The position numbers were made by a program, and so were the translations under genes. A stretch of 62,111 nucleotides of DNA, filler included. It is 3 parts of 3 records of this genome, joined end to end, with 100 filler letters (N's around TTAATTAATTAA, not from the genome) between each part and the next. Parts side by side here need not be neighbours in the genome. Positions count along the whole stretch, not along the records: positions 1 to 19,213 come from SRR20825010_2863; 2 more parts are not named here. One strand, 5' to 3'. Within the stretch, counting starts at the first letter, position 1. Every line of letters starts with the position of its first letter. Shown in pieces: positions 1 through 8,782 of the stretch. A model generated the notes under the pieces. The model was given only the letters and a program-made list of their open reading frames with translations. It made no database searches and was not told the origin of the DNA.

Positions 1-1
1 C

Positions 2-1420
2 ATGAGTTTCTTCGGGTCTATGACCACCGCAATCACCGGCATCCGCGCACAGTCAAGCGCGCTTGGATACATCTCGGACAATATTGCGAACAGCCAGACG
101 ACCGGCTTCAAGCGTACTGAGGCGAATTTCTACGACATCGTGACCGCGTCCAACTCGAATTTCCACCAGCCAGGCGCCGTTGTGGCTCGCCCTGGCTATA
201 CGAATTCGGTGCAGGGCTCTGTCGATGCCTCGCAGGTGGCCACCAATATGGCGATTAATGGCGAGGGCTTCTTCGTCGTGTCGCAGCGTGTGGCGACGGT
301 GGACAGCAATCCCGTGTTCCAGAGCGTCAATTACTATACGCGCCGCGGTGATTTCTCGATGGATAAGGACGGTTATCTCGTCAATGGCGGCGGGTATTAC
401 CTGCAGGGCGTGGCGATTGACCCAACGACGAATAATCCGGTCGGGGATACACCTAGCCCCATCAAGGTCAATAACGGTTTCCTGACGGCGCAGGCCACCA
501 CGACCCTCAGCTATACGGCAAACCTGCCCAATGTGCCCCAGACGGCCCATTCGCAGGCCTATCCGTCTTCGGCTGGCAGCGAGTTGCTGATGACAGCGGC
601 TGAAATTGCCGGCGGCACCACATTCGCCAATGATCCTACGGGTGCGGGCGTAGGCGATGGCGTGGTTCAGGCTGCCGACGAACAGACATTCCTTGACCGT
701 TCGGTTTCCGGCGGTGCGATCACGGCCTATGACGGGCAGGGTAATCCGGTCAATGTGCAAATTCGTTGGGTCAAAACCAACAATGCCAATGACGATGCCG
801 GCACGGGCGGTGGCGACACATGGATGGCTTTCTACAAGTCTGACGATGATGCCACGGGCGCTAATGCCAAATGGACAAATATCGGACAGACATACCAGTT
901 CGATTCGACCGGTCGTCTCAGTCCGGCGGTTGACAGCACCACGATCTCGAGCCTGACGGTGGACGGCAATAATCTCGGCGACGTGACGCTCTATCACGGT
1001 CCGGGCAACATGACCCAGTTTGCTGACAACAATGGTGCTGTCTCGGTCAACACGATCAGTCAGGACGGCTATGCGGCTGGCGAACTCGTGAATGTGGCTG
1101 TCGGCGCGAATGGTCGTGTGACGGGCACTTACACAAACGGCAAGACCATCGACATTTTCCAGGTGACGCTGGCCAAGTTCAACAATCCCAACGGATTGCA
1201 GAAGATGAACGGCACAGCCTTTGCGGAGACGCAGGAATCCGGCGCGGCCATTATGGGCGGCACGGGTGACATTATTGCCTCTGCCACGGAAGCCTCGAAT
1301 GTCGATCTGGCCGACGAGTTTTCCAAGCTGATCATCGCGCAGCAGGCTTATACGGCCGGGACACGCATCATCACGACCTCGGATACGCTGATCCAGGAAA
1401 CGCTGAATATGAAGCGTTAA
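2..1420 (+). CDS. flgE: Flagellar hook protein FlgE
   Basis: N-terminal SDNIANSQTTGFK and C-terminal EASNVDLADEFSKLIIAQQAY basal-body/hook motifs; YTRRGDF motif; upstream of flgK. Confidence 0.9.
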   Translation: MSFFGSMTTAITGIRAQSSALGYISDNIANSQTTGFKRTEANFYDIVTASNSNFHQPGAVVARPGYTNSVQGSVDASQVATNMAINGEGFFVVSQRVATVDSNPVFQSVNYYTRRGDFSMDKDGYLVNGGGYYLQGVAIDPTTNNPVGDTPSPIKVNNGFLTAQATTTLSYTANLPNVPQTAHSQAYPSSAGSELLMTAAEIAGGTTFANDPTGAGVGDGVVQAADEQTFLDRSVSGGAITAYDGQGNPVNVQIRWVKTNNANDDAGTGGGDTWMAFYKSDDDATGANAKWTNIGQTYQFDSTGRLSPAVDSTTISSLTVDGNNLGDVTLYHGPGNMTQFADNNGAVSVNTISQDGYAAGELVNVAVGANGRVTGTYTNGKTIDIFQVTLAKFNNPNGLQKMNGTAFAETQESGAAIMGGTGDIIASATEASNVDLADEFSKLIIAQQAYTAGTRIITTSDTLIQETLNMKR

Positions 1421-1455
1421 GGTCGGGCATAAGTAGCATTTGGGTTTGAACGAGA

Positions 1456-3330
1456 ATGAGCCTTTATTCCGCCATCGGTAGCGCCATTAGCGGGCTCAAT
1501 GCGAGCCAGGCAGGCCTTGACCTTGTGTCGCGCAATATCGCGAATGCAGGTACGGCCGGTTATACCCGCAAGACCTCTGTTGTTTCCAACAACATTGCGG
1601 GCGGCGAAGGCATTGGTGTTCAGACCTTGGCGGCGACCCGCAATGTGGATAGTTTTCTGCAACAGCAGATCCGCACGGAAACTGGCAAATCCTCCAAACT
1701 CAATGTCTATGACAACTTCCTGTCCCGCGTGAACAACATGTTTGGTGCGCCGGATAGTGACTCCTCGGTCGCTTCCAGCGTTTCGAAGATGATTTCCAAG
1801 CTGCAGGCAATGGCTACATCGCCTGATGATCCGTCAGCGCGTCAGTCCTTTCTCAATTCGGCGTTCAACCTTACGCAGCAGCTCAATTCCATGAGCGACC
1901 AACTGCAGGGGATGCGGCTGGAAGCAGAACAGAATATTGCCACATCGGTTGAGACGGCCAATAAGCAACTCCAGGCTATTGCGGAGTTGAATAACCAGAT
2001 CGCGCAGCGTCAGGCGACAAGCGTTTCGGTTGCCGATCTTGAAGACAAGCGTGATGCGGCAATCGACAAATTGTCCACGCTTATGGACATCAAGGCGGTT
2101 GCCCGCGATGACGGTACGGTTGCCATCTTCACAGGTGGTGGCCAGTTGCTGCTCGACAAGCAGGCTGTGAACCTCACATTTGATGAGCACACAAGCCTCG
2201 ATGCGAATTCGAGCTACAATATTGATCCGACACAGCGTTCGGTCGGAACGATCACGCTGCGCAATGGCACCACATCGGTCGATCTGATTGCATCGGGTGC
2301 GTTCCGCACCGGCGCGATCTCTGGTTACATCGATATGCGTGACCGTGTTATTCCGCAGGCGCAGGCGCAGCTTGACGAACTGGCAAGTCAGTTGGCTTTG
2401 TCGCTGTCTCAGGAAACTGTTGCCAGTACGCCGGTCACTGCCGGCGCTGCATCGGGTTTTGAAATTGATACAACCGGCATGCTGTCGGGCAATACGCTCA
2501 ACTTCTCCTATACCGACACGCCAGCTGGTACCGTGCATAACATCACCATCGTGAAGGTGACGGACCCGAGCGTGTTGCCGCTGTCGAATACTGCGACGGC
2601 CAATCCAAATGACACAGTGGTCGGCATCAATTTCGACCAGCCCATGGCAAATATTGTTGCTGACATTCAGGCAGCGTTACCTGCCTCGGTCGTTGTCACC
2701 AATCCCAGCGGCAACATCATCAATTTTGTTGATGATGGCGCAGCCGGTGCGAGTGATGTGACGAGCCTCAGTGCAACTGTGACACCGACCGCGCTTGTCG
2801 ATGCGGGCACGGGTCTGCCGCTTTTTGTAGATGGAAATGGTCAGAAGGCTTATTCCGGCAGCCTCGACAATCCGCCCCAGGTGAACGGTTTTGCCGGTCG
2901 CATCATGCTCAATTCTGCGATTGTGAATAATGACACATCGCTTGTGCTCTACAGCACAAGTCCGCAGACATTGATCGGCGACGACACGCGTCCGAACGAT
3001 CTGCTTGCCCGATTGGGCGACACCAGCCGTAACTATTCATCACTGACGGGGATTGGTAGCGCTGGAACGCCGTTTAACGGTTCGATTGATAGCTTTGCTC
3101 GCCGGATTGTATCGGTGCAGGCAGCGCAGGCGCAGAATGCGAGCGACAATGCCAGCTCGCAAGCCATGGTTTCCGATGCGCTGAAAGAAAAATTCGATAG
3201 CGAGACAGGTGTGAATATCGACAACGAGATGTCGAACCTCATCGTTTTCCAGAATGCCTATGCCGCCAATGCGCGGGTTATTTCGACGGTAAAAGAACTC
3301 TTTGATGTTCTGTTGAGCATCGGAAGGTAA
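1456..3330 (+). CDS. flgK: Flagellar hook-associated protein FlgK
   Basis: SRNIANAGTAGYTRK N-terminus; GVNIDNEMSNLIVFQNAYAANARVI C-terminus. Confidence 0.93.
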   Translation: MSLYSAIGSAISGLNASQAGLDLVSRNIANAGTAGYTRKTSVVSNNIAGGEGIGVQTLAATRNVDSFLQQQIRTETGKSSKLNVYDNFLSRVNNMFGAPDSDSSVASSVSKMISKLQAMATSPDDPSARQSFLNSAFNLTQQLNSMSDQLQGMRLEAEQNIATSVETANKQLQAIAELNNQIAQRQATSVSVADLEDKRDAAIDKLSTLMDIKAVARDDGTVAIFTGGGQLLLDKQAVNLTFDEHTSLDANSSYNIDPTQRSVGTITLRNGTTSVDLIASGAFRTGAISGYIDMRDRVIPQAQAQLDELASQLALSLSQETVASTPVTAGAASGFEIDTTGMLSGNTLNFSYTDTPAGTVHNITIVKVTDPSVLPLSNTATANPNDTVVGINFDQPMANIVADIQAALPASVVVTNPSGNIINFVDDGAAGASDVTSLSATVTPTALVDAGTGLPLFVDGNGQKAYSGSLDNPPQVNGFAGRIMLNSAIVNNDTSLVLYSTSPQTLIGDDTRPNDLLARLGDTSRNYSSLTGIGSAGTPFNGSIDSFARRIVSVQAAQAQNASDNASSQAMVSDALKEKFDSETGVNIDNEMSNLIVFQNAYAANARVISTVKELFDVLLSIGR

Positions 3331-3333
3331 GTC

Positions 3334-4818
3334 ATGCAGATTTCCTCATATGCACAGTCGATCACGATGCGTAATGGCATCAACCAGTTGCAGACACAGC
3401 TGGCCGATTTGCAAAAGCAGCTCACGACAGGTCTCAAGACAGATAATTATGCGGGTCTGGGCGATGCGCGCTCGCTGGTGCTGGCGCTGACCAATCAGGT
3501 GTCGCAGTCGAATTCCTATCTCGACACGATCCAGATGACGCAGCTGCGCATGAAGTCGAGCATGAATGCGCTCGAAAGCATGAATAATATTGGCGCTGAG
3601 TTGAAGCAGGGCAGTTTGTCCAGCAGCTTCAAGCTGACCAATGGCGGGCAGACAGATCTGCAGATCACGGCCAGCATGCGGCTGAGCGAAGTAGTGGATC
3701 TTCTCAATCTCAACGTGGGTGACCGCCAGCTCTTTGGTGGCAAAGCTACACAGACATTGCCTGTGGTCGGTTCAAATCTCATGCTGAATGGCGATACCAC
3801 CCATGCAGGCCTGAAGACTGTTATCGAGCAGCGTAATGCCGCTGATATTGGCGACGGCCTTGGACGTCTGACATTGACCAATCCGGTGCCAGGCACGGTT
3901 ACTCTGTCGGAAGATGTGGCAGGCAGCCCGTTCGGGTTCAAGCTCTCCAGTGTCAGCTCGACTTTGCAGGGTACAACTGTGTCGGCTCCTGCCGGTTCGC
4001 CGGCTTCGTTGAGCGTTGTGTTCGGCGCGACCTTGCCGAGCGAAGGGCAGAGTGTGTCGCTTGATTTCGACCTGCCCGACGGAACGACAACAACAGTGAC
4101 CTTGACGGCGACGAATGACTCACCTCCTGGTCCAGGCGAGTTTACAATTGGTGCTGATGCGGCAACGACAGCGACAAATTTCCAAACAGTGCTGGATAGC
4201 TCGCTCCGTACCGAAGCGCAGCAGTCGCTTGTTGCGGCCTCGACGGCTGAGGCTGGAGATAATTTCTTTGATTATCCTCCCCAGCGTGTTGACGGACCGC
4301 CCTATGACACCGCGACGGCTCTGATCGACGGCACGGCCGACAATACTGTGATCTGGTATCAGGGCGATCGTGATGGTGCTGCGGGTAACAATTTCATTGT
4401 GACGATCGGTCAGGGTTCGCAGGTTGCTTACGGTGCGCGCGCTGACCAGAGCGCTCTTGCCAGCGTTGTAAAAAATACCGCTCTATTGGCAGCGGTCTCC
4501 TATACGGGCGTCGGAAGCGACGAGCAACATGCCTATGCCGAGCTGACAAAGCGCACGGCGGCTGGTTTGAACTATGATAATGGCAGCCAGACGCTTCAGG
4601 CGGTGATAACCGATATGGGGCTGAAGTCAGCAACGTTGAATACTGCACAGACGAAACTCGAGACGCAGATCTCGACGAGCAATAGTGTGCTGTCAGATAC
4701 GCAGAATGCTGATCCATATGATGTTGCGACCAAGCTGAACTCGCTCATGACACAGCTTCAGGCGAGCTATCAGGTGACATCCAGTCTGTCGCAGCTTTCG
4801 CTGGTTAAGTTCATCTAA
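3334..4818 (+). CDS. flgL: Flagellar hook-associated protein FlgL (flagellin-like)
   Basis: Follows flgK; QLTTGLK N-terminal and QLQASYQVTSSLSQLSLVKFI C-terminal signatures. Confidence 0.85.
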   Translation: MQISSYAQSITMRNGINQLQTQLADLQKQLTTGLKTDNYAGLGDARSLVLALTNQVSQSNSYLDTIQMTQLRMKSSMNALESMNNIGAELKQGSLSSSFKLTNGGQTDLQITASMRLSEVVDLLNLNVGDRQLFGGKATQTLPVVGSNLMLNGDTTHAGLKTVIEQRNAADIGDGLGRLTLTNPVPGTVTLSEDVAGSPFGFKLSSVSSTLQGTTVSAPAGSPASLSVVFGATLPSEGQSVSLDFDLPDGTTTTVTLTATNDSPPGPGEFTIGADAATTATNFQTVLDSSLRTEAQQSLVAASTAEAGDNFFDYPPQRVDGPPYDTATALIDGTADNTVIWYQGDRDGAAGNNFIVTIGQGSQVAYGARADQSALASVVKNTALLAAVSYTGVGSDEQHAYAELTKRTAAGLNYDNGSQTLQAVITDMGLKSATLNTAQTKLETQISTSNSVLSDTQNADPYDVATKLNSLMTQLQASYQVTSSLSQLSLVKFI

Positions 4819-4848
4819 GACAGCGCTCTGTAATAGAGTATTGGATAC

Positions 4849-4877
4849 AAAAAGGGGCCGATCAACGGCCCCTTTTT
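4849..4877. terminator. Bidirectional intrinsic terminator between convergent flgL and flaF
   Basis: AAAAAGGGGCCG-ATCAA-CGGCCCCTTTTT perfect hairpin with A and T tails. Confidence 0.85.
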
Positions 4878-4906
4878 CGTAAGTATTTTTGTCAGGTCTT
4901 GCCTTA

Positions 4907-5278
4907 TCAGGCTGGGCGCTGCATCAAACCTGCTGCGATCTGTCGGTTGATGTTGATCAACACATCAAGCTTATCAGCCGACGGAGTTGCCTGGATTTCC
5001 AGTGTGCGTTTGAAAACAAAAATACCGAGATTGGCGATGTTCTCGCGGATCTCTTTTGGCAGTTGGCATTCTTCTTCAGTGACCGAAGTGACGAAAATTG
5101 TCCAGATAGTACGATTATAGAGGAGGGAGGGGTCAAGGTCGTCGGGTGCTTTGTCGGCCCAAGCTGTTTTGACCTGATTAAAACGGCTTGCAGCCTTCAG
5201 GAGTACACCAGCTTCGGTTTCACGCGGGTCACCGCCATGTCGGGCCGTTTTTGCATAGGCCTCATGCGCTTTCGACAT
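4907..5278 (-). CDS. flaF: Flagellar biosynthesis regulator FlaF
   Basis: RETEA...YNRTIWTIF...LPKEIRENIANLGIFV...LININRQIAAGL; overlaps flbT. Confidence 0.93.
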   Translation of the reverse strand: MSKAHEAYAKTARHGGDPRETEAGVLLKAASRFNQVKTAWADKAPDDLDPSLLYNRTIWTIFVTSVTEEECQLPKEIRENIANLGIFVFKRTLEIQATPSADKLDVLININRQIAAGLMQRPA

Positions 5279-5654
5279 TCCCCATCAGCTCCCGTTCATA
5301 CTCGATCAATTTTCGAGCTTCCTTTAGAGCTTTATACATCTGACCAGTTAAAATTCGGTTGTTGATCTCGTCCAGGCGCTCACTTGTGCTAGGTGCGGCT
5401 TCCAGAACATCCTTCACAAGTGTGAAGTACAGGTCGTGATGTTGGGTGGGGTCGGACGCCAGATACATCATCTGGAGCATGAGGTAGATTTTCTTACAGG
5501 GTGTGTTTGCGTCATCAAGTCGCAAAATATCTTTCTCGCGCAAAATGGGAGCATCGCCTTCGATAAATAGGCGTGTGCGCTGATCGTCATTGGTGATGAC
5601 GCTGTCGCCGAGAATGAAACGTTCGCCGGGTTTGAGTTCGACTTTGAGAGCCAT
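5262..5654 (-). CDS. flbT: Flagellar biosynthesis repressor FlbT
   Basis: MALKVELKPGERFILG...PILREKDI...ANTPCKKIY...YKALK. Confidence 0.95.
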   Translation of the reverse strand: MALKVELKPGERFILGDSVITNDDQRTRLFIEGDAPILREKDILRLDDANTPCKKIYLMLQMMYLASDPTQHHDLYFTLVKDVLEAAPSTSERLDEINNRILTGQMYKALKEARKLIEYERELMGNVESA

Positions 5655-5785
5655 GAGATCCAGTCCCAGTAAAAAATGATTCTCCCCTGACGGGGTGGGT
5701 ATGAGCGTAACTCATATTCGGGTCATTGCCCCAGTGGGAATGGCAAAAAACATTACTCGATGTGTCTGCTGTTTCGGAATAAACG

Positions 5786-5815
5786 AAAACGGCGGGAACT
5801 TTCGTTCCCGCCGTT
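5786..5815 (-). terminator. Intrinsic terminator after flagellin 1
   Basis: AACGGCGGGAAC-TTTC-GTTCCCGCCGTT hairpin with short U tract on the minus strand. Confidence 0.8.
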
Positions 5816-5841
5816 CTGTTCTTTGGTCTGCGACCTTGCGA

Positions 5842-6945
5842 TTAACGCAGGATCGAGAGGATGCTCGACTGAGCCTGGTTGGACAGCGAGAGAGCTGTTG
5901 TGGCCAGTGACTGACGTGTCTGGAGGGCGAGAAGGTTCGCGCCTTCCTGGTTGGTATCGGCCAGTGTCAGACCAGCGGCACCACCCTGGAGCGTGTCGAT
6001 CGTGGACTGTGTGAAGTCCTGACGGTTCTGGATCACGGCGAGGTTCGAACCGAACTTCGAGGCCTGTGTACGCAGCGATGTCTTGGCGCTGTCGAGGGCG
6101 GCTGTCGAAGCATCGACAGCGGACTTCGAGGACCAATCGGTCGCGGCTGAGAGGCCGAGGCCGGCTGAGTCGAACTTGACGCCTGTCAGTGTCAACGAAG
6201 AGGTCTGCTTTTCGTTGAAGTTCACCGTCAGCGAGGCACCGCTCTGAAGCAGGTTGATGCCGTTGAAGCTGGCGTCTGCGGCCAGTTCGTCGATCTGCGT
6301 CAGCAGGTCGTTGTACTGTTCGACGAAGGCATCGCGGTTTGCACCGTTTGTCGTCGTCGCAATGTCGCCACCGATAGCAAGTGTTGAGGCTGTACCGGAG
6401 ACCGAGAAGTTCTGGCCCGAAGCAACCGAGAAGGTTATTGCACCACCGGAGACGGAAACCGACAGACCGGAAACCTGGCCGGACAGAGCTGTCTTGAGGT
6501 CACCCGCGCTGGCAATGGTGGTTCCCAGCGTGACGGATGTTTCTGTGTCGCCGATTTTGAAGTCAAGCGTCAGGCCGGAGTTGGTGGCCGTGTTGAAGTC
6601 TGTCGCAACCACAGTGGCCGAAGCAGAGGCAGTCGTAACTGTCGTCTGGAGAGCCTGGTTGGCAACGGATTTGGCCTGCTGAACGAGCTTCTGGATCGAG
6701 TCGATACCATTGGAAGCGGCGTTAACGGTCTTAACCGAAAGAGCCATGTCGTCCTGGAGGGTCGAAAGGTCGGAAGCGCGGTTGTTCAGGCCGGCGGCGG
6801 TGAAGAAGGAGTTGGCATTGTCAACAGCGGAGTTGACCTTGTTGCCGGTCGCGAGACGGTTCTGAGTCTCGGACATCATCTTTGCCGTGCTCTGCAGCGA
6901 GAGCAGGTTGGAGCGAACGGCTGTCGAGAGGGTAATTGATGACAT
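5842..6945 (-). CDS. Flagellin 1 (start revised to MSSITLS at 6945)
   Basis: LSTAVRSNLLSLQ...RLATGNKVNSAVDN; ADTNQEGANLLALQTRQSL; GGAAGGG RBS before the ATG at 6945. Confidence 0.93.
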   Translation of the reverse strand: MSSITLSTAVRSNLLSLQSTAKMMSETQNRLATGNKVNSAVDNANSFFTAAGLNNRASDLSTLQDDMALSVKTVNAASNGIDSIQKLVQQAKSVANQALQTTVTTASASATVVATDFNTATNSGLTLDFKIGDTETSVTLGTTIASAGDLKTALSGQVSGLSVSVSGGAITFSVASGQNFSVSGTASTLAIGGDIATTTNGANRDAFVEQYNDLLTQIDELAADASFNGINLLQSGASLTVNFNEKQTSSLTLTGVKFDSAGLGLSAATDWSSKSAVDASTAALDSAKTSLRTQASKFGSNLAVIQNRQDFTQSTIDTLQGGAAGLTLADTNQEGANLLALQTRQSLATTALSLSNQAQSSILSILR

Positions 6946-7017
6946 ATTAGTTTCCCTTCCTAGGAACAATGATCGAAGCTCTTCCTGAGCTATGATGCGA
7001 ATATGAACCGCGAACTC

Positions 7018-7032
7018 TTAATGCGTCGTAAA
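7018..7032 (-). promoter_or_regulatory. CtrA-like box upstream of flagellin 1
   Basis: TTAA-TGCGTCG-TAAA (1 mismatch to TTAA-N7-TTAA); CATATT -10-like hexamer 12 nt downstream on the minus strand. Confidence 0.55.
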
Positions 7033-7152
7033 TTCGCTTAAAAAAGATTCCTTATTATGCGTAAACCATAAATCTTTGGCTTTGTAGAAAAGCTAATGGA
7101 TACAAGGTTTTGCGTGTAGGAGGGCCTCGGAGGCGCTTATTCTTGCGGAAAT

Positions 7153-7188
7153 AAAAAAAGAAAACGGGGCCTGATTTGGGCCCCGTTT
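7153..7188 (-). terminator. Intrinsic terminator after flagellin 2
   Basis: AAACGGGGCC-loop-GGCCCCGTTT preceded by an A-run on the plus strand. Confidence 0.8.
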
Positions 7189-7215
7189 CCGGAAATTTTT
7201 TCGTGTCGCGCTAAT

Positions 7216-8322
7216 TTAGAAGAGCTTGAGAATGCTCTGCTGCGACTGGTTGGCGATCGACAGGGCCGATGTTCCGAGCTGCTGACGTGTCTGAAGGGCA
7301 AGCAGGTTGGCGCCTTCTTCGTTTGTGTCGGCAAGTGTAAGGCCTGAAGCACCGCTTTCGAGCACGTTGATCATATTCTTTGTGAAGTCCTGGCGGGACT
7401 GCACAATTGAAAGGCTCGAAGCAAATGCTGTCGATTTGATGCGCAGTGTCTGCAGGCTGCGGTCATCTTCTTCCTGAACCACTTTCAAGGCCGAGTTGGT
7501 CGCAAAGTCGGCATAAGTAAGCTGGCGCAGGCCGATGCCAGTGGAGGAACCGTCCGTGCCGTTGATCGCAAGCTGCGATGTCTGGTTTTCGTTGAAGTTC
7601 ACAACCAGGTTGCTGCCCGACAGAAGCAGATTGATGCCGTTGAAGCTGGAGTCCTTCGACAACTGATCGATCTGGACCAGCAAGGCATTATAAGTGTCGA
7701 CCTGTGCATTACGGTTTACACCGTTAGTGGTCGAGACATTGGCTGCGATTGCGGTGCCAACGGCTGTGCCGGAGATCGTGAAGTTTTCGCCAGTGGGAGC
7801 GGAGAATTTAATTTCACCACCCGATGTCGAAACTGTGATGCCCGAGACTTGACCTGACAGAGCTGTCTGAAGCGCGCCTGCGCTGTCGATGTTTGTGGTG
7901 AGGGTGATCGAGGTGGAGTCACCGTCACCGACTGTGAAGACCAGTGTGAGGCCGGCATTGGCCGCAGTAGAGTAGTCGGTCGGGACGATGGCGGAAGAAG
8001 TCGACGCCGCGGCAACTGTTGTCTGCAGAGCCTGGTTGGCGGCGGCCTTGGCCTGCTGCACCAGCTTCTGGATGGCTTCGAGACCCTTGCTCGCCGCGTT
8101 TAGTGTTTCGACCGCCAGGCCCATGCTGTCCAGCAGGGAACTGAGGTCGGAGGCGCGATTGTTGAGGCCCTGCGCCGTGAAATAAGATTGTGGATTGTCG
8201 ATTGCCGAGCTGACCTTAAGGCCAGTTGCGACGCGTTGCTGCGTCTGATCGAGCAATCTAGCGGTATTCTGCATGCTCAAGAGATTTGAGCGCATTGCAC
8301 CAGAAAGAACAACATCAGCCAT
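7216..8322 (-). CDS. Flagellin 2
   Basis: LSGAMRSNLLSMQ...RVATGLKVSSAIDNP; ADTNEEGANLLALQTRQQL; paralog of flagellin 1. Confidence 0.93.
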   Translation of the reverse strand: MADVVLSGAMRSNLLSMQNTARLLDQTQQRVATGLKVSSAIDNPQSYFTAQGLNNRASDLSSLLDSMGLAVETLNAASKGLEAIQKLVQQAKAAANQALQTTVAAASTSSAIVPTDYSTAANAGLTLVFTVGDGDSTSITLTTNIDSAGALQTALSGQVSGITVSTSGGEIKFSAPTGENFTISGTAVGTAIAANVSTTNGVNRNAQVDTYNALLVQIDQLSKDSSFNGINLLLSGSNLVVNFNENQTSQLAINGTDGSSTGIGLRQLTYADFATNSALKVVQEEDDRSLQTLRIKSTAFASSLSIVQSRQDFTKNMINVLESGASGLTLADTNEEGANLLALQTRQQLGTSALSIANQSQQSILKLF

Positions 8323-8323
8323 T

Positions 8324-8488
8324 TTAGTAACCCTCCAGGGTCATGCCGGCGAGTTGGAGTCCGGCTACAGCGACATACTGAAAATTAATGCTTAATTCTG
8401 CGTAAACGCACCGGATGTTTTTATCCAGAGCGGTGTCGGCATTCGAGCCGACTTCAAGAAACGGCTCTGGTTGGCATCTACGGAACAT
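8324..8488 (-). CDS. Candidate 54-aa upstream ORF in the flagellin 2 leader
   Basis: AAGGAG 8 nt before the ATG at 8488; stop codon ends 1 nt before the flagellin ATG; no recognisable homology. Confidence 0.3.
   Translation of the reverse strand: MFRRCQPEPFLEVGSNADTALDKNIRCVYAELSINFQYVAVAGLQLAGMTLEGY
8392..8407 (-). promoter_or_regulatory. CtrA-like box upstream of flagellin 2
   Basis: TTAA-TTCTGCG-TAAAC, same form as the box before flagellin 1. Confidence 0.5.
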
Positions 8489-8529
8489 TTCGCATTCTCC
8501 TTGCGACTTTCGTGTCTGCCACATAGATC

Positions 8530-8545
8530 GCAAGCCTCGTGCCAA
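8530..8545 (-). promoter_or_regulatory. Sigma54 -24/-12 promoter upstream of flagellin 2
   Basis: TTGGCAC-GAGGC-TTGC on the minus strand; IHF-like TTTCAATGACTTA and ftr-like GGC/GG-N-GCC dyads lie upstream (about 8560-8650). Confidence 0.85.
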
Positions 8546-8664
8546 CTTTAAAATCTATATATTTCAATGACTTAGTGTGTGGTTTCTGGGTTTTAGACGG
8601 GCAGGCTGTGCCGGTGCGGGAAAAAATTGCCTGGGGATAAGTTTCCCATTGAACGAATTGGCAC

Positions 8665-8699
8665 AAAAAAACCGGAGACGGCATGGCCGCTCCGGTTTT
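8665..8699 (-). terminator. Intrinsic terminator after the TPR gene
   Basis: AAAAAAACCGGAG...CTCCGGTTTT hairpin. Confidence 0.7.
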
Positions 8700-8782
8700 C
8701 TTGGTTTTTTTGTTTAAGAGCCAGAGACCGGCTCAAAAATGATTCGCAAATCCGGTCTATCGACCACTTTTGTACATTTTGC

